Below are positions 19,929 to 31,662 of a stretch of DNA of 64,000 bases, one piece after another. The notes below the pieces were generated by a model that saw only the letters and a list, made by a program, of their open reading frames with translations, did no database searches and was not told the DNA's origin. Source of the stretch: an uncultured delta proteobacterium (lineage in GTDB: Bacteria; Myxococcota; Myxococcia; Myxococcales; Myxococcaceae); NCBI GenBank assembly GCA_963713045.1, contig CAVQKE010000007.1, positions 256,001 through 320,000 on the forward strand, given 5' to 3'. Numbering within the stretch: position 1 is the stretch's first letter; every line of letters starts with the position of its first letter. The position numbers and the translations under genes are program-made.

Positions 19929-20291
19929 TCAGAGGAGGCGTCTTGGCGCGGTCCGACGTCCGCCAGCCGTCCCGGTATTCACCGTCGCCGATGGCTCCAC
20001 GAGCAACAGCTGGACCTCCTCCTCCGCCACCGGTCGGTGCTCGACACCTTTGGGGACGACGAAGAGCTCTCGGGGCCCCAGCTCGACGGCGCTCTGACGA
20101 AACTCGATGCGCAAGTGGCCCGACAGCACGAGGAAAAGCTCATCCGTCTCCGGGTGGGAATGCCAGACGAAGGCGCCCTGTAGCTTGACGAGGCGGACGT
20201 CGTAGTCGTTCAGCAGGGCCACCGTGAAAGGTGCCCACTGCTCGGTAATGGCCGCCAACTTCTCGTCCAGGTTGATTTTGTCGCTCACCAT
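19929..20291 (-). CDS. Cupin domain protein
   Basis: KLQGAFVWHSHPETDELFLV and VVPKGVEHRP cupin motifs. Confidence 0.9.
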   Translation of the reverse strand: MVSDKINLDEKLAAITEQWAPFTVALLNDYDVRLVKLQGAFVWHSHPETDELFLVLSGHLRIEFRQSAVELGPRELFVVPKGVEHRPVAEEEVQLLLVEPSATVNTGTAGGRRTAPRRLL

Positions 20292-20418
20292 TTGAAGCAT
20301 GGCGGCCACGCTGGACGCTGTCGAGAGGCCGCCGGTGACGAGCGAGATGCTGCGGGCCGGCTGGGCCGCCGGGGTGCGCCTTGACAGGGCTGGCCGAGCC
20401 GACGAAAAGAAAAGCATA

Positions 20419-21396
20419 ATGAAGCTCGCGAGCCTGCGTGACGGAACCCGAGACGGGGCCCTGGTGGTGGTCCACCGCCACGGCCGCACCTTTGTTCCGG
20501 CCCGAGAGGTGGCCCGGACGCTTCAGGGCGCACTGGACAGCTGGGCGACTAGCGCCCCGCGCCTGCGGGCGCTCGCCGACTCGCTCGCTTCTGGCGCCCT
20601 CCGCGGCGAGCCTCTCGACACCCGCCGGCTCGCTGCGCCGCTGCCCCGGGCCTACGAATGGGTGGACGCCTCGGCCTACCTCAACCACGTTCGACTGGTG
20701 CGAAAGGCCCGCGGCGCAGAAGTACCGCCGACTCTAGAAACCGACCCGCTGGTCTACCAGGGCGGCTCCGGCGTGCTGCTCGGCCCCACCGATGACTTGG
20801 TACTGAAGGACGAAAGCTGGGGGATGGACTTCGAGTCCGAGGTGTGTGCCGTCCTGGGCGATGTGCCACTCGGCACCAAGGCCGCGGCGGCCGCCGAGCA
20901 CATTTGGCTGTTGATGGTGTGCAACGACGTTTCGCTGCGCAACCTCATTCCGGCCGAGCTGGCCAAGGGCTTCGGCTTCTTCCAGGGCAAGCCAGCCACC
21001 GCCTTCAGCCCTTTTGCCGTAACGCCGGACGAGCTGGACGGCGCCTGGCGGGACGGACGCCTGAACTTGCGGTTACAGACTTGGCTCAACGGCAAACTCG
21101 TCGGCGACACCGACGCCGGGCCAGAAATGCACTTCAGCTTCTTTCAGCTGCTCGAGCACATCGCCAAGACGCGCGCCTTCACAGCTGGGACCATCCTCGG
21201 CTCGGGCACCGTCAGCAACGCCGACCGAGCGCGAGGCGTCTCCTGCCTTGCCGAGCAACGGGTGGTGGAAACGCTCGAGGGCGGTAGCCCACGCACCCCC
21301 TTTCTGAGCGTCGGAGACGTGGTCGAAATCGACATGCTGGGACCGAATGGGGAGACCCTCTTCGGCCGCATCCGGCAGAGGGTGGTGGCAGGGTGA
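20419..21396 (+). CDS. fahA: Fumarylacetoacetate hydrolase family protein
   Basis: MKLASLRDG.RDG, LPRAYEW.D.SAY.NHV, DFESEV, NDVSLRNLIP.EL.KGFGF; first gene of the Tyr catabolism operon. Confidence 0.9.
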   Translation: MKLASLRDGTRDGALVVVHRHGRTFVPAREVARTLQGALDSWATSAPRLRALADSLASGALRGEPLDTRRLAAPLPRAYEWVDASAYLNHVRLVRKARGAEVPPTLETDPLVYQGGSGVLLGPTDDLVLKDESWGMDFESEVCAVLGDVPLGTKAAAAAEHIWLLMVCNDVSLRNLIPAELAKGFGFFQGKPATAFSPFAVTPDELDGAWRDGRLNLRLQTWLNGKLVGDTDAGPEMHFSFFQLLEHIAKTRAFTAGTILGSGTVSNADRARGVSCLAEQRVVETLEGGSPRTPFLSVGDVVEIDMLGPNGETLFGRIRQRVVAG

Positions 21397-22037
21397 AGCT
21401 CTACAACTACTGGCGGAGCTCCTGCAGCTGGCGGGTGCGCATCGGCCTCTACTGGAAGGGGCAGCCTTTCAGCTACCTCCCGGTCCACCTCCTCAAGGAT
21501 GGGGGCCAGCAACGGGCGGAACCCTACGCGAGCCTCAATCCCATGCAGAGTGTCCCGATGCTTGAGTTGGACGAAGGTGGACGACTCATCCGGCTGGCCC
21601 AATCCATGGCCATCCTCGAGTACCTTGAGGAGCGCTGGCCGGAGCCGCCGCTGCTTCCAGCAGACCGCGTGGCGCGCGCCCAGGTGCGTCAGGCAGCCGA
21701 GATTGTTAACTCCGGCATCCAGCCCTACCAGAACACCAACGTCCAGAAGCGGGTGAAGCACGAGTTGCATGGCGATGAGAAGGCCTGGGCGCGGCACTTC
21801 ATCGCCCACGGACTTCGAGCGCTCGAGCCGCTGCTACAGTCCACCGCCGGCCGCTACGCGGTGGGCGACCAAGTCACCTTGGCCGACTGCTTCCTCGTGC
21901 CGCAGCTGTACCATGCGCGGCGGTACGAGGTGGACCTCAGCCCCTACCCCACCCTCATGCGGGTGGAGGCCGCCTCTGCCGTCTTGCCTGCCTTTGAAGC
22001 GGCCCATCCCGACCGGCAGCCCGATGCCGAAGCTTGA
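21393..22037 (+). CDS. maiA: Maleylacetoacetate isomerase (GST zeta)
   Basis: LYNYWRSSCSWRVRI, SGIQP.QN, AHPDRQPDA; GTGA overlap with fahA. Confidence 0.95.
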   Translation: MKLYNYWRSSCSWRVRIGLYWKGQPFSYLPVHLLKDGGQQRAEPYASLNPMQSVPMLELDEGGRLIRLAQSMAILEYLEERWPEPPLLPADRVARAQVRQAAEIVNSGIQPYQNTNVQKRVKHELHGDEKAWARHFIAHGLRALEPLLQSTAGRYAVGDQVTLADCFLVPQLYHARRYEVDLSPYPTLMRVEAASAVLPAFEAAHPDRQPDAEA

Positions 22038-22057
22038 AACGACGAAGGAACAGCGAC

Positions 22058-23215
22058 ATGCCCAAACTTGAGTCCCTCGGAATTCTCGGCATCGAAGCCG
22101 CGCATTGGTACGTGCACGACCTCGAGCGCAGCCGTCGCTTTTACGTGGATGGGATGGACTTTGCGGAGGTTGGAGAAAGCGACCCGGAGCTCACCACCAA
22201 AGGTCGGCAGAAGAGCGCCGTCTTTGCCGCCGGGGACGTGACCCTCATCGTCAGCCAGCCCCAGGGTGAGGGCGGCCGGGCGTGGCGGTGGTTGAAGAAG
22301 CACCCGGACGGCGTCGGAACGCTGTGGTTTCGGGTGAAAGACGTCCAGCGGACGTTCCGTCTCCTCGAGAAGCGCGGGGCTACCATCATCGACGACATTC
22401 AACGCGTCACCGACGCGAACGGCGGGACGCTGGCCAGCTTCTCCATCACCACCCCCTTTGGCGACAGCACCTTCCGCTTCGTCCAGCGCGACGGGTACCG
22501 GGCGCTTTACCCGGGGATGGCATTGCATCCCAAGCCCCTGGGCGGGAAAAACCGCTTCGGGCTGACGCACATCGACCACGTGACGTCCAATTTCCAGACG
22601 CTGCTGCCGGCCATCCTCTGGATGGAGAACGTGCTGGGCCTTGAACAGTTCTGGCAAATTGAGTTTCACACCGGCGATTCGCAGGAGCGTTTCGAGCAAG
22701 GCTCCGGCCTGCGCAGCACCGTCATGTGGGACCCGGAGTCGACGGTGAAGTTCGCCAACAACGAGCCAAGCCGGCCAAACTTCAAGGCCTCCCAAATCAA
22801 CCTCTTCCATGAGGACAACCAGGGGGATGGCATCCAGCACCTGGCCCTGGCCGTCCGCGAGATTCTTCCCGCGGTGGAGGGCTTGCGGGCCACCAACCGG
22901 GTGCAATTCATGGACACCCCGGACAGCTATTACGACAACCTGCCCAAGCGCATTGAAGTGCTCAACATCCGCCGCATTGACGAGAACCCCGACGACTTGC
23001 GCCGGCTGCGCATCCTCATCGACGGCGCCGAAGAACATAGCTACCTGCTTCAGATTTTCATGAAGGATGCGGCGACGCTGTACCGAGAGACGGGGGCCGG
23101 CCCCTTCTTCTACGAAATCATCCAGCGCAAAGGGGACCGCGGTTTCGGCGCCGGCAACTTCCGCTCGCTCTTCGAAAGCATCGAGCGCGAACAACGGTCG
23201 CAAGGGAGGATTTGA
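22058..23215 (+). CDS. hppD: 4-hydroxyphenylpyruvate dioxygenase
   Basis: HIDHVT, GIQHLAL, LLQIF and FFYEIIQRKGD.GFGAGNF.SLFESIE motifs. Confidence 0.95.
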   Translation: MPKLESLGILGIEAAHWYVHDLERSRRFYVDGMDFAEVGESDPELTTKGRQKSAVFAAGDVTLIVSQPQGEGGRAWRWLKKHPDGVGTLWFRVKDVQRTFRLLEKRGATIIDDIQRVTDANGGTLASFSITTPFGDSTFRFVQRDGYRALYPGMALHPKPLGGKNRFGLTHIDHVTSNFQTLLPAILWMENVLGLEQFWQIEFHTGDSQERFEQGSGLRSTVMWDPESTVKFANNEPSRPNFKASQINLFHEDNQGDGIQHLALAVREILPAVEGLRATNRVQFMDTPDSYYDNLPKRIEVLNIRRIDENPDDLRRLRILIDGAEEHSYLLQIFMKDAATLYRETGAGPFFYEIIQRKGDRGFGAGNFRSLFESIEREQRSQGRI

Positions 23216-23220
23216 GCCCC

Positions 23221-24390
23221 ATGCTCGAACGCCGCGTCGTGGGGACAGTCCCTGCCAAGCACCACATCCAGCTGCGCGGCCCCGGGGGTGAGTTGCGCTA
23301 CGAGGAGTGCTTCACCCAGGAGGGCTTCGAGGGGCCCTACACCATCGGCTACCACCTCAACCCGCCAAACACCCAGGCGCTGGCCGAGGTGAAAGCGGGC
23401 TGGACGCTGCCGGTGGCGGCGCCGGAACGCCGTCTCGCCAAACGGCACTACAAGACCCAGGAGCTCAAGCGCTCGGGCGGTCCGGCGGTGAATGCGCGAA
23501 CCCCGCTGCTCTTCAATGCCGATGTGACGTTGGGCATGGCCTACCCCTCGGCCGCGGACCCGGTGTACGTCGCCAACGCCGACGGCGACGAGCTTTTCTA
23601 CGTCCACGAGGGGGCGGGCACGCTGCGCACCGCCTTCGGCGACCTTCGCTTCCAGAAGGACGATTACGTCTTCATCCCCCGGGGAATGACCCACCGCTTC
23701 CTTCCCGATGAAGGCGTGCCGCAGGCGTGGCTGTGGATGGAGTTGGCCGGGCGGATGCACCTTCCGCGGCAATGGCGGAATGAGACTGGGCAGTTGCGGA
23801 TGGATGCGCCCTACTGCCACCGCGACTTCCGCCACCCGGAGTTCCGAGGGCCAGTGGAGGAGCACCTCCGGGACTTGGTGGCGAAGCGCAATGGGGCCTT
23901 CCACGGCTTTCGCTCCGCGCACTCGCCGCTGGACTTGGTGGGCTGGGACGGCACCGTCTACCCCTTCGCTTTTCCCATCCTCAACTTCCAGCCGCGGGCC
24001 GGCTTGGTGCACCTGCCGCCGACGTGGCACGGCACCTTCGCCACCCGCGGTGCACTCATCTGCAGCTTCGTCCCGCGGGTGGTGGACTTTCACCCCCAAG
24101 CCATTCCCTGCCCCTACCCGCACAACTCCATCGACTGCGACGAATTCATTTTCTACGTCAGGGGAAATTTCACCAGCCGCCGCGGCGTCGCACCGGGCAG
24201 CGTCAGCCACCACCCGGCGGGAGTGGGTCACGGACCGCACCCGGGCGCATATGAAGGGAGCATTGGCGCCACCCGGACGGACGAGTTGGCCGTCATGCTG
24301 GACACCACGCTGCCGCTGCACCCCACCCCGGCCGCGCTGGCGGTTGAAGACAGCGGGTACCAGGCGAGTTTCATCCCGGCCCAGCAGTAG
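23221..24390 (+). CDS. hmgA: Homogentisate 1,2-dioxygenase
   Basis: [37 protein letters not shown] and HGPHPG motifs. Confidence 0.93.
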   Translation: MLERRVVGTVPAKHHIQLRGPGGELRYEECFTQEGFEGPYTIGYHLNPPNTQALAEVKAGWTLPVAAPERRLAKRHYKTQELKRSGGPAVNARTPLLFNADVTLGMAYPSAADPVYVANADGDELFYVHEGAGTLRTAFGDLRFQKDDYVFIPRGMTHRFLPDEGVPQAWLWMELAGRMHLPRQWRNETGQLRMDAPYCHRDFRHPEFRGPVEEHLRDLVAKRNGAFHGFRSAHSPLDLVGWDGTVYPFAFPILNFQPRAGLVHLPPTWHGTFATRGALICSFVPRVVDFHPQAIPCPYPHNSIDCDEFIFYVRGNFTSRRGVAPGSVSHHPAGVGHGPHPGAYEGSIGATRTDELAVMLDTTLPLHPTPAALAVEDSGYQASFIPAQQ

Positions 24391-24500
24391 AAGTGCTGGC
24401 GCGCCGGGCCGCCGTCGTCGTCACTGGAACGTGGCCGACCGCCGCTTGGCAAATGTGGTCTGTTCCCCATCGCCTTTTCAAGCAGGGAGCACCCTTCGCT

Positions 24501-26921
24501 ATGCCTTCTGACTCTCCACTCGGCGCTGAAGAACTCCGCCGAATGCACGCCTATTGGCGAGCCGCCAACTACCTCTCGGTGGGACAAATTTACCTGTTGG
24601 ACAATCCGCTGCTGCGCGAGCAGCTGCGGCGGGAGCACGTCAAGCCTCGGCTGCTTGGCCACTGGGGGACGACGCCCGGGCTCAACTTCGTTTTAGTCCA
24701 CCTCAACCGCGCCATTCGGGCCCGCGGGTTGGACATGATTTACGTCCTCGGCCCTGGCCACGGTGGCCCAGCCGCGGTGGCCAACAGCTGGCTCGAGGGG
24801 ACGTATTCCGAGCATTACCCGGACGTCTCCCGGGACGCGGCCGGGATGAAGAAGCTCTTCAAGCAATTCTCTTTCCCCGGCGGCATCCCGAGCCACGTGG
24901 CGCCGGATGTGCCGGGCTCGATTCACGAAGGGGGCGAACTCGGCTATTCGTTAAGCCACGCCTTCGGCGCCGCGTTTGACAACCCGGGCCTGGTGGTGGC
25001 CTGCGTGGTGGGGGATGGCGAGGCGGAAACCGGCCCACTGGCCACCAGCTGGCATTCCAACAAATTCCTCAACCCAAGCACCGATGGGGCCGTCCTGCCC
25101 ATCCTCCATCTGAACGGCTACAAAATTGCTAACCCCACCGTCCTGGCGCGCATCCCCAAGGCCGAGCTGGAGCAGCTGCTGTGTGGCTACGGGTACCAGC
25201 CCCTCTTCGTCGAGGGCAGCGAGCCAGAAGCCATGCACCAGCGCTTTGCCGCCACCTTGGATGCGGCCTTGTCCAGCATCGAGGCCATCCAGCGCCAGGC
25301 GCGAGCGGGGGGCACCCTGGGCCGACCGCGCTGGCCGATGATTGTCCTGCGCTCGTCCAAGGGTTGGACCGGTCCGAAGGAGGTGGACGGGAAGAAGACG
25401 GAAGGGTCCTGGCGCTCCCACCAGGTACCGCTGACGGAGGTCAGGACCAACCCGACGCACCTGCTCCTCCTTGAGCAGTGGATGAGGAGCTATCGTCCTG
25501 AGGAGCTGTTCGACGCCCAGGGAACGCCGGTGGCCGAGCTCTCCGACTTGGCCCCCCGAGGGAAGCGGCGGATGGGCGACAACCCCCACGCCAACGGCGG
25601 CCTGCTGCTCGAGGACCTCCGCCTCCCTGACTTTCGCGATTATGCCGTTGCCGTCCCCCAGCCTGGGGTCACGCAAGCCGAGGCCACTCGGGTGATGGGA
25701 GGCTTTCTGCGCGACGTGATGAAGCTCAACCTCGCAAGCCGTAATTTCCGCCTGATGGGCCCGGACGAAACGGCCTCCAACCGGCTGCAGGACGTTTTCG
25801 AGGTCACCGGACGCACCTGGGTGGCAGAAACACTGTCCGACGAGGACGAGGACGAGCATCTGTCACCCGATGGCCGGGTGATGGAAATCCTCAGCGAGCA
25901 CACCTGCCAGGGTTGGCTGGAGGGCTACCTCCTCACCGGCCGGCACGGCTTCTTCAGCTGCTACGAGGCCTTCATCCACATTGTGGATTCGATGTTCAAC
26001 CAGCATGCCAAATGGCTGGTCAGCACCCGCCACATCCCCTGGCGCCGGCCGATTTCCTCGCTCAACTACCTTTTGACCAGCCACGTCTGGCGGCAGGACC
26101 ACAACGGCTTCAGCCATCAGGACCCGGGGTTCGTCGACCATGTGATGAACAAGTCTCCCGACGTCATCCGCGTCTTTCTCCCGCCGGATGCCAACACCCT
26201 TCTCTCGGTGACCGACCACTGCCTCCGCAGCCGGAACTACGTCAACGTCATTGTTGCCGGGAAGCAGCCGGCGCTGCAGTACCTGGACATGGAGGCGGCG
26301 GTGAGCCATTGCGCCGCCGGCGCCAGCATCTGGGAATGGGCCAGTAGCGACGCTGGCGCCGAGCCGGACGTGGTGATGGCCTGCGCCGGAGACATTCCAA
26401 CGCTGGAGACGCTGGCCGCCGTGGATTTTCTAAGGCAGCACTTCCCGGACCTCAAAATCCGCGTGGTGAACGTCGTCAACCTGATGGCGCTTCAGCCGCA
26501 GAGCGAGCATCCCAACGGGATGACGGACGCCGTCTTTGACTCCCTCTTCACGGCCGACAAGCCGATTGTCTTTGCCTACCACGGCTACCCGTGGCTGATT
26601 CACCGGCTGACCTACCGCCGCCACAACCACGACAGCTTGCACGTGCGCGGCTACATGGAGAAGGGCACCACCACCACCCCCTTCGACATGGTGGTGCTCA
26701 ACCGCCTGGACCGCTTCCACCTCGCCGGCGACGTCATTGAGCGCGTCCCCCGCATCCGCGCCGTGGGTGCCCATGTGCAACAGCACCTACGGGACAAGCT
26801 GGTGGAGCACAGCGAATACATCCGCGCCTGCGGCACGGACCTTCCGGAGGTGGCCGACTGGAAGTGGTCGGCAGGCACGTCCAGCGGCCAAGCGGCGCCG
26901 GTGACTCCGCCTGGGGCTTGA
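24501..26921 (+). CDS. xfp: Phosphoketolase (XFP family)
   Basis: [37 protein letters not shown] and [15 protein letters not shown] motifs; ATG at 24501. Confidence 0.96.
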   Translation: MPSDSPLGAEELRRMHAYWRAANYLSVGQIYLLDNPLLREQLRREHVKPRLLGHWGTTPGLNFVLVHLNRAIRARGLDMIYVLGPGHGGPAAVANSWLEGTYSEHYPDVSRDAAGMKKLFKQFSFPGGIPSHVAPDVPGSIHEGGELGYSLSHAFGAAFDNPGLVVACVVGDGEAETGPLATSWHSNKFLNPSTDGAVLPILHLNGYKIANPTVLARIPKAELEQLLCGYGYQPLFVEGSEPEAMHQRFAATLDAALSSIEAIQRQARAGGTLGRPRWPMIVLRSSKGWTGPKEVDGKKTEGSWRSHQVPLTEVRTNPTHLLLLEQWMRSYRPEELFDAQGTPVAELSDLAPRGKRRMGDNPHANGGLLLEDLRLPDFRDYAVAVPQPGVTQAEATRVMGGFLRDVMKLNLASRNFRLMGPDETASNRLQDVFEVTGRTWVAETLSDEDEDEHLSPDGRVMEILSEHTCQGWLEGYLLTGRHGFFSCYEAFIHIVDSMFNQHAKWLVSTRHIPWRRPISSLNYLLTSHVWRQDHNGFSHQDPGFVDHVMNKSPDVIRVFLPPDANTLLSVTDHCLRSRNYVNVIVAGKQPALQYLDMEAAVSHCAAGASIWEWASSDAGAEPDVVMACAGDIPTLETLAAVDFLRQHFPDLKIRVVNVVNLMALQPQSEHPNGMTDAVFDSLFTADKPIVFAYHGYPWLIHRLTYRRHNHDSLHVRGYMEKGTTTTPFDMVVLNRLDRFHLAGDVIERVPRIRAVGAHVQQHLRDKLVEHSEYIRACGTDLPEVADWKWSAGTSSGQAAPVTPPGA

Positions 26922-26957
26922 CTGAACAAAAGTTCAGATGAAAGACTGCGCCCCGCC

Positions 26958-27989
26958 GTGGCCAAGCCCCGCCCCTGGTCCAACCCTCCCAACCCCTACC
27001 TGCCCACCGCCCTTGAATACGTCGGGGAGGTGCCGCGGGCCGAGGTGCGCGTCCACGAGGACGCCTCGCGCAGCATTCTCGCCCACAACGACAGCCCGGA
27101 CGTCGGCTTCCGCTTCAGCGTCAACCCCTACCGCGGATGCATGCACGGCTGCGCTTACTGCTACGCCCGGCCCGGGCATGAGTACCTGGGCTTTGGGGCC
27201 GGCACCGACTTCGACACGCAGGTGGTGGTGAAGCGCGAGGCGGCGCGGCTCCTCCGCGAGGCCTTCCTCAAGCCTTCCTGGAAGGGAGAGCTGGTGGTCT
27301 TCAGCGGCGTCACCGACTGCTACCAGCCTCTGGAGGCCTCGCTGCACATCACCCGGGCCTGCCTCGAGGTGTGCGCTGCGTTCTGCAACCCAGTCGCCAT
27401 CATCACCAAGTCCCCCATCATCGAGCGGGACATTGACGTGCTTCAAGAATTGCACCGCACCGCCTCGGTGGGCGTCGGGGTGAGCATCCCTTTCTGGGAC
27501 CAGGCAGTGGCACGGGCGCTTGAACCCGGAGTGGCCACGCCGCGGCGACGGGTGCAGACGCTGGAGACGCTGGCCAAGGCTGGCATTCCGGTGGGGGTCA
27601 GCATCGCGCCCATCATCCCTGGGCTCGACGAGGACGTCCCGCGCATCCTCGCCGCGGCAGCCGCCGCGGGTGCGACCTCCGCCGGCCACGTGCTGTTGCG
27701 GCTGCCGGGCTCCGTCGCGAAGGTTTTTGAGGAGCGGCTGCGAGAGGCGCTGCCGCTTCGGGCAGAAAAGGTGATGCACCGCATTCGCGAGACACGCGGT
27801 GGAAAGCTGTACGACGCGCGCTTCGGCGTTCGCGGACGGGGAGAGGGCGAATACGCCCAGGCCATTGGCCGACTCTTCGAGGCCAGCGCGCGCAAGGTGG
27901 GCCTGGGTGCCGGCGGCTGGGGCCTCTCAGAGCGCCCGTCGACCTTTCGCCGCCCGCCGCGGCCGCAGCCGCAGCTGTCGCTGTTGTGA
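26958..27989 (+). CDS. Radical SAM protein, PA0069/Rv2578c family
   Basis: SVNPYRGCMHGCAYCYARP.HEYLG (CxxxCxxC), TDCYQP.E. Confidence 0.92.
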   Translation: MAKPRPWSNPPNPYLPTALEYVGEVPRAEVRVHEDASRSILAHNDSPDVGFRFSVNPYRGCMHGCAYCYARPGHEYLGFGAGTDFDTQVVVKREAARLLREAFLKPSWKGELVVFSGVTDCYQPLEASLHITRACLEVCAAFCNPVAIITKSPIIERDIDVLQELHRTASVGVGVSIPFWDQAVARALEPGVATPRRRVQTLETLAKAGIPVGVSIAPIIPGLDEDVPRILAAAAAAGATSAGHVLLRLPGSVAKVFEERLREALPLRAEKVMHRIRETRGGKLYDARFGVRGRGEGEYAQAIGRLFEASARKVGLGAGGWGLSERPSTFRRPPRPQPQLSLL

Positions 27990-28009
27990 GGGGGGTTGGC
28001 CCAGAGGCC

Positions 28010-30181
28010 CTACCAAATTTCGCAGCGCGGCGAGCGCACCATCGGCTGCCCAGACTTGCAGCCAAAGGCTTCCTGAAAGGTGGTGAGGTTGGAGAGTGGG
28101 CCATTGACGCGCCACCTCTCACTTGCGTGCGGGTCGGTTTGGGCCCGACGCCGCGCCTCCTGTGGACGGGCCTTGGTGCACCAGGCTTGGGCGAAGCCCA
28201 AAAAGAATTGCTGGTCCACGCTGTAACGCGAGGGCTTGACCGGCTCGGGATGCGCTTGCAGGTAGGCCTTCAGCGCCAGTTGGGCGAGCTTCAGGCCGCC
28301 TAAGTCTGCAGTATTTTCGCCCAGCGTCAGTGCGCCGTTCAGCTTCACCTCGTCCACCGCCACGTACCCGTCGAACTGTGTCTTCACACAGGCCGCGCGG
28401 TCCTCGAAATTTTTGCCGGAGCTCGGCGTCCACCAGTCAGTGAGGTTGCCGGCTGCGTCGAATTTCCTGCCCTGGTCGTCGAAGCCGTGTGTCAGCTCGT
28501 GGCCCACCACCATGCCCATCCCGCCGAAGTTGACGGCCGGTGTCGCCTCGGCGCTGTAGAACGGAGGCTGCAGAATCCCGGCCGGAAAGACAATCTCGTT
28601 CATCTGCGGGTTGTAATAGGCGTTCACCGTGGGCGGCGTCATTCCCCACTCCGTCCGGTCGACCGGTTTGCCAATCTTCTTCAATTCGCGGTCCATCTCG
28701 TACGCTTGTGAGCGCCAGGAGTTGCCAAGGTAAGAATGGTTGTCGACGAGCAGGCCGTCGTAGGTCTTCCACTTGTCGGGGTAGCCAATCTTGTTGGCGA
28801 TGGCGCGGACTTTCTCCCGGGCGCGGTCTTTGGTGGCTTGGTCCATCCAGGTGAGGGCGGCAAGATTGTTCTCGAAGGCCTGCTCGATGAGTGCGACCAT
28901 CTCGCGCGTTACCTTTTTCCCGCCCGGGCCAAATGTCGCCTCGACATACGCCGCGCCCAGTGCCTCCCCAAATGCCCGGTCCGTGGCCGCGACGCACTTC
29001 TTCCAGCGCGGCAGCTGCTCCTTGGCGCCAGTGAGGTGTTTGCTCTCGAAGCCGAAGCGCTCATCCTGGAAGCGCTTGGGAAGCGCGTCGAAGCCCAAGC
29101 CCTGAAAGTCTCCGCCGACGGCCCTCCAGGAAAGGTAGTTCCGCCAGACACTGAGCGGCACTTCCCGTGTCATTTTTGAGACCTCGGCGAAGAAGGGCTC
29201 GTGTTCGACGCTGATGGTGGTGACGCCGGGTGCCCCCACCCGAGCGAGAAAGACGTCCCAGTCGAAGGCCGGCGCCAGCTTCTTCAACCCGGCGAGTTCC
29301 ACCCGGTGGTACGTCTTGTCCGGGTCGCGCCGGGAGACCCGGTCCAGGCTGGCCTTGGCAAGCCGGGTCTCGAAGGCCATCACGTCGGCAGCCTTCTTGG
29401 CCGCAGCCGTAAGCGAGTCCCCCAAGAGGACGAAGACGGCTTTGACGTGGGCCTGGTAGGCGACCCGGATGGCTTTCATCTTCTCGTCGTCCTGGAGGTA
29501 GTAGTCCCGGTCAGGAAGGCCGAGACCGTCCTGGCCAAATTCGCCGATGACCAGCGTCGCGTCCTTGGCGTCCTGGGTGGAGTGGAAGATGAAGAGCGGC
29601 TGGCCTCCAATGCGCTGAAGGCGCGCAACTTCCTGGATGAGCCCCTTTGAGGAGTTGAGGCGGGCAATGCGGGCGAGCTCTGCCTTCAGCTCGGGAAGCG
29701 CCGTTTCCAGCTTCGCCTCATCCATGCAGCTTGCGTAGTAGGTGCCGACTGCCTGAGGGTACAGCATGCCAGCCGGGACGTTGCCGGCAGAGTCCGCCTC
29801 GAGGAGTGAGCGCAGAGTCGTCCGGTTCTGTTCGTCGATGGTTCTGAAGCCGCGGTCCCAGATGCTTCGGTCTGCCGGAATCTCCGTCGTCTTGAGCCAG
29901 CCGCCGCAGGCGTACTGGAAGAAGTCCGTGCAAGGGTCGGCCTGGAGGTCCATCGCGGACGCCGCCAGCCCGGCCGGCATGGGAAGCGGGGCAGCTGCTG
30001 CTGCCGCCGTGGGCGGGGGCGTTGTGGGCGCCGCCGCGCTGACCTCGGGGGCCTTCGCCGCGGGCGCGCTTACTGCCTTCGTCTCCGCGGTGGGGGTGCT
30101 ACAGCCGGCCAGGGCGAGCAGCGCGCAAAGGGCGAGTCCGCTTTCGGGAAGGGGCCAACGGCGTCGGGCAACTCTCGACAT
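28010..30181 (-). CDS. M13 (neprilysin/PepO-like) zinc metallopeptidase, lipoprotein
   Basis: DPCTDFFQYACGGW, VNAYY, HELTHGFD (HExxH), GENTAD.GG; lipobox LAGC after ATG 30181. Confidence 0.95.
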   Translation of the reverse strand: MSRVARRRWPLPESGLALCALLALAGCSTPTAETKAVSAPAAKAPEVSAAAPTTPPPTAAAAAAPLPMPAGLAASAMDLQADPCTDFFQYACGGWLKTTEIPADRSIWDRGFRTIDEQNRTTLRSLLEADSAGNVPAGMLYPQAVGTYYASCMDEAKLETALPELKAELARIARLNSSKGLIQEVARLQRIGGQPLFIFHSTQDAKDATLVIGEFGQDGLGLPDRDYYLQDDEKMKAIRVAYQAHVKAVFVLLGDSLTAAAKKAADVMAFETRLAKASLDRVSRRDPDKTYHRVELAGLKKLAPAFDWDVFLARVGAPGVTTISVEHEPFFAEVSKMTREVPLSVWRNYLSWRAVGGDFQGLGFDALPKRFQDERFGFESKHLTGAKEQLPRWKKCVAATDRAFGEALGAAYVEATFGPGGKKVTREMVALIEQAFENNLAALTWMDQATKDRAREKVRAIANKIGYPDKWKTYDGLLVDNHSYLGNSWRSQAYEMDRELKKIGKPVDRTEWGMTPPTVNAYYNPQMNEIVFPAGILQPPFYSAEATPAVNFGGMGMVVGHELTHGFDDQGRKFDAAGNLTDWWTPSSGKNFEDRAACVKTQFDGYVAVDEVKLNGALTLGENTADLGGLKLAQLALKAYLQAHPEPVKPSRYSVDQQFFLGFAQAWCTKARPQEARRRAQTDPHASERWRVNGPLSNLTTFQEAFGCKSGQPMVRSPRCEIW

Positions 30182-30449
30182 GGGTCGCAGACCTCTTGAA
30201 GGCTGAAAGGGGGGAGCACCGGCGGCCCATTCAGGCGGACGGGTGTTTCGCCAAGGTGGCCTGGCCAGGGCACGGGACGCTGGGGTGCCCCGGCCGGCCC
30301 AGCGGCGACGACGGTCAGCTCGGGCGTGGGTAGGTGGGTTTCCCAAGGGGGCGGATAAACGGCACACCGGGGCGTGCTGTCCAGTACGCGCTTCGGGGAC
30401 ACCCATTGCATCACTTGAGGACGAAACGTCCGGCTGAAGGAACGCGGCG

Positions 30450-31538
30450 TCAGCCGTTGGCCTTGGCAAAGTCCTCCATGAAGCCAACCAAGGTGCGGAT
30501 GTTGTCGGGCGAAACGGCGTTGTAGGCGCTGACCCGGATGCCGCCTGCACTGCGGTGGCCCTTCAGGCCCACCATCCCGGCCTTCTTTGCCTCCGAGACG
30601 AATTTGTCTTCCAGGGCCTCGCTGTTGAGGCGGAAGACAATATTCATCACACTGCGCGACTCCTTCTCCACCGGCGCCCGGTAGAAGCGGCTCAGCCGGT
30701 CCAGCGTTCCATAAAGCACCTCCGCCTTCTCGCGGTTCCACTTTTCCATCTGTGCCAGCCCACCGACGGCCTTTATCCAGGCGAGCACGTTGCGCATCAG
30801 GTAGATGGCCAAGGTGGGGGGGGTGTTGTAGAGGGAATTGTTCTCCGCGTGGGTGCTGTAGCGGAGAATTTTCGGAATGTCCTTGCGGGCCCGGGACATC
30901 AAATCCCGCTCGAGGATGACCAACGTCAAACCCGACGGCCCAATGTTTTTCTGCGCGCCAGCGTAAATGAGGCCGAATTTCGAAACGTCGATTTTCCGCC
31001 AAAGAATGTCCGAACTCATGTCGACGATGAGCGGGACTGCACCGACGTCCGGGAAGGCATGCCACTGCGTCCCGAAGATGGTGTTGTTGCTGGTGAGGTG
31101 GACGTAGGCCGCCTTGGGGTCCAGCTTCAGCTCCGACTGCTTGGGAACCCGCGTGTAGCGCTTGTCAGCATTCAGGGTGGTGGCCGCCACTTTCGGCGTC
31201 CCGAGGATTTTCGCCTCGTCCAGCGCCTTCTCACTCCACGTCCCGGTGAGGATGTAGTCCGCTGAGCCGTCCTTGGGCAGGAAGTTCATCGGGACCTGCG
31301 CGAATTGCAACGAGGCCCCTCCTTGCAGAAACAAAATTTGGTGGGTGGGCGGCACGCCCAGCATCTCGGTCAGCAGCGCGATGGCCTCGTCGTGGACGGC
31401 CTCGTATTCCTTGCCCCGGTGGCTGTGCTCAAGGATGGACATCCCCGAACCTTGAAAGTCGATGAATTCGTCCCGGGCACGCTCCAGGGCTGGCAGCGGC
31501 AAGCCCGCGGGTCCGGCGTTGAAGTTGATGACGCGCAT
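30450..31538 (-). CDS. serC: Phosphoserine aminotransferase
   Basis: [32 protein letters not shown] (PLP Lys), [13 protein letters not shown]. Confidence 0.97.
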   Translation of the reverse strand: MRVINFNAGPAGLPLPALERARDEFIDFQGSGMSILEHSHRGKEYEAVHDEAIALLTEMLGVPPTHQILFLQGGASLQFAQVPMNFLPKDGSADYILTGTWSEKALDEAKILGTPKVAATTLNADKRYTRVPKQSELKLDPKAAYVHLTSNNTIFGTQWHAFPDVGAVPLIVDMSSDILWRKIDVSKFGLIYAGAQKNIGPSGLTLVILERDLMSRARKDIPKILRYSTHAENNSLYNTPPTLAIYLMRNVLAWIKAVGGLAQMEKWNREKAEVLYGTLDRLSRFYRAPVEKESRSVMNIVFRLNSEALEDKFVSEAKKAGMVGLKGHRSAGGIRVSAYNAVSPDNIRTLVGFMEDFAKANG

Positions 31539-31662
31539 GGGGGACTTCTACCAGGTCCTCCGCCGCTCGGGGGAGCACAGTCGCGTCCACGTCCGGCAGC
31601 TGGGGCGGCTCCGCCTCCAGCTTTCCGGGCCCAACCTGCCGAGGGGCTTCGTGCGCTGGCCG

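Noticed and set aside
20381..20420. TTGACA ... CATAAT as a sigma70 promoter for fahA
   Set aside because: Spacer is 28 bp and the -10-like hexamer overlaps the start codon.
20419..27989. Tyrosine catabolism genes plus phosphoketolase and radical SAM as a novel biosynthetic cluster
   Set aside because: All match well-known catabolic or housekeeping families; no precursor peptide, tailoring or export genes link them.
30405..30440. TGAGGACGAAAC resembling a hammerhead ribozyme core
   Set aside because: No upstream CTGANGA element or stem II pairing partner.
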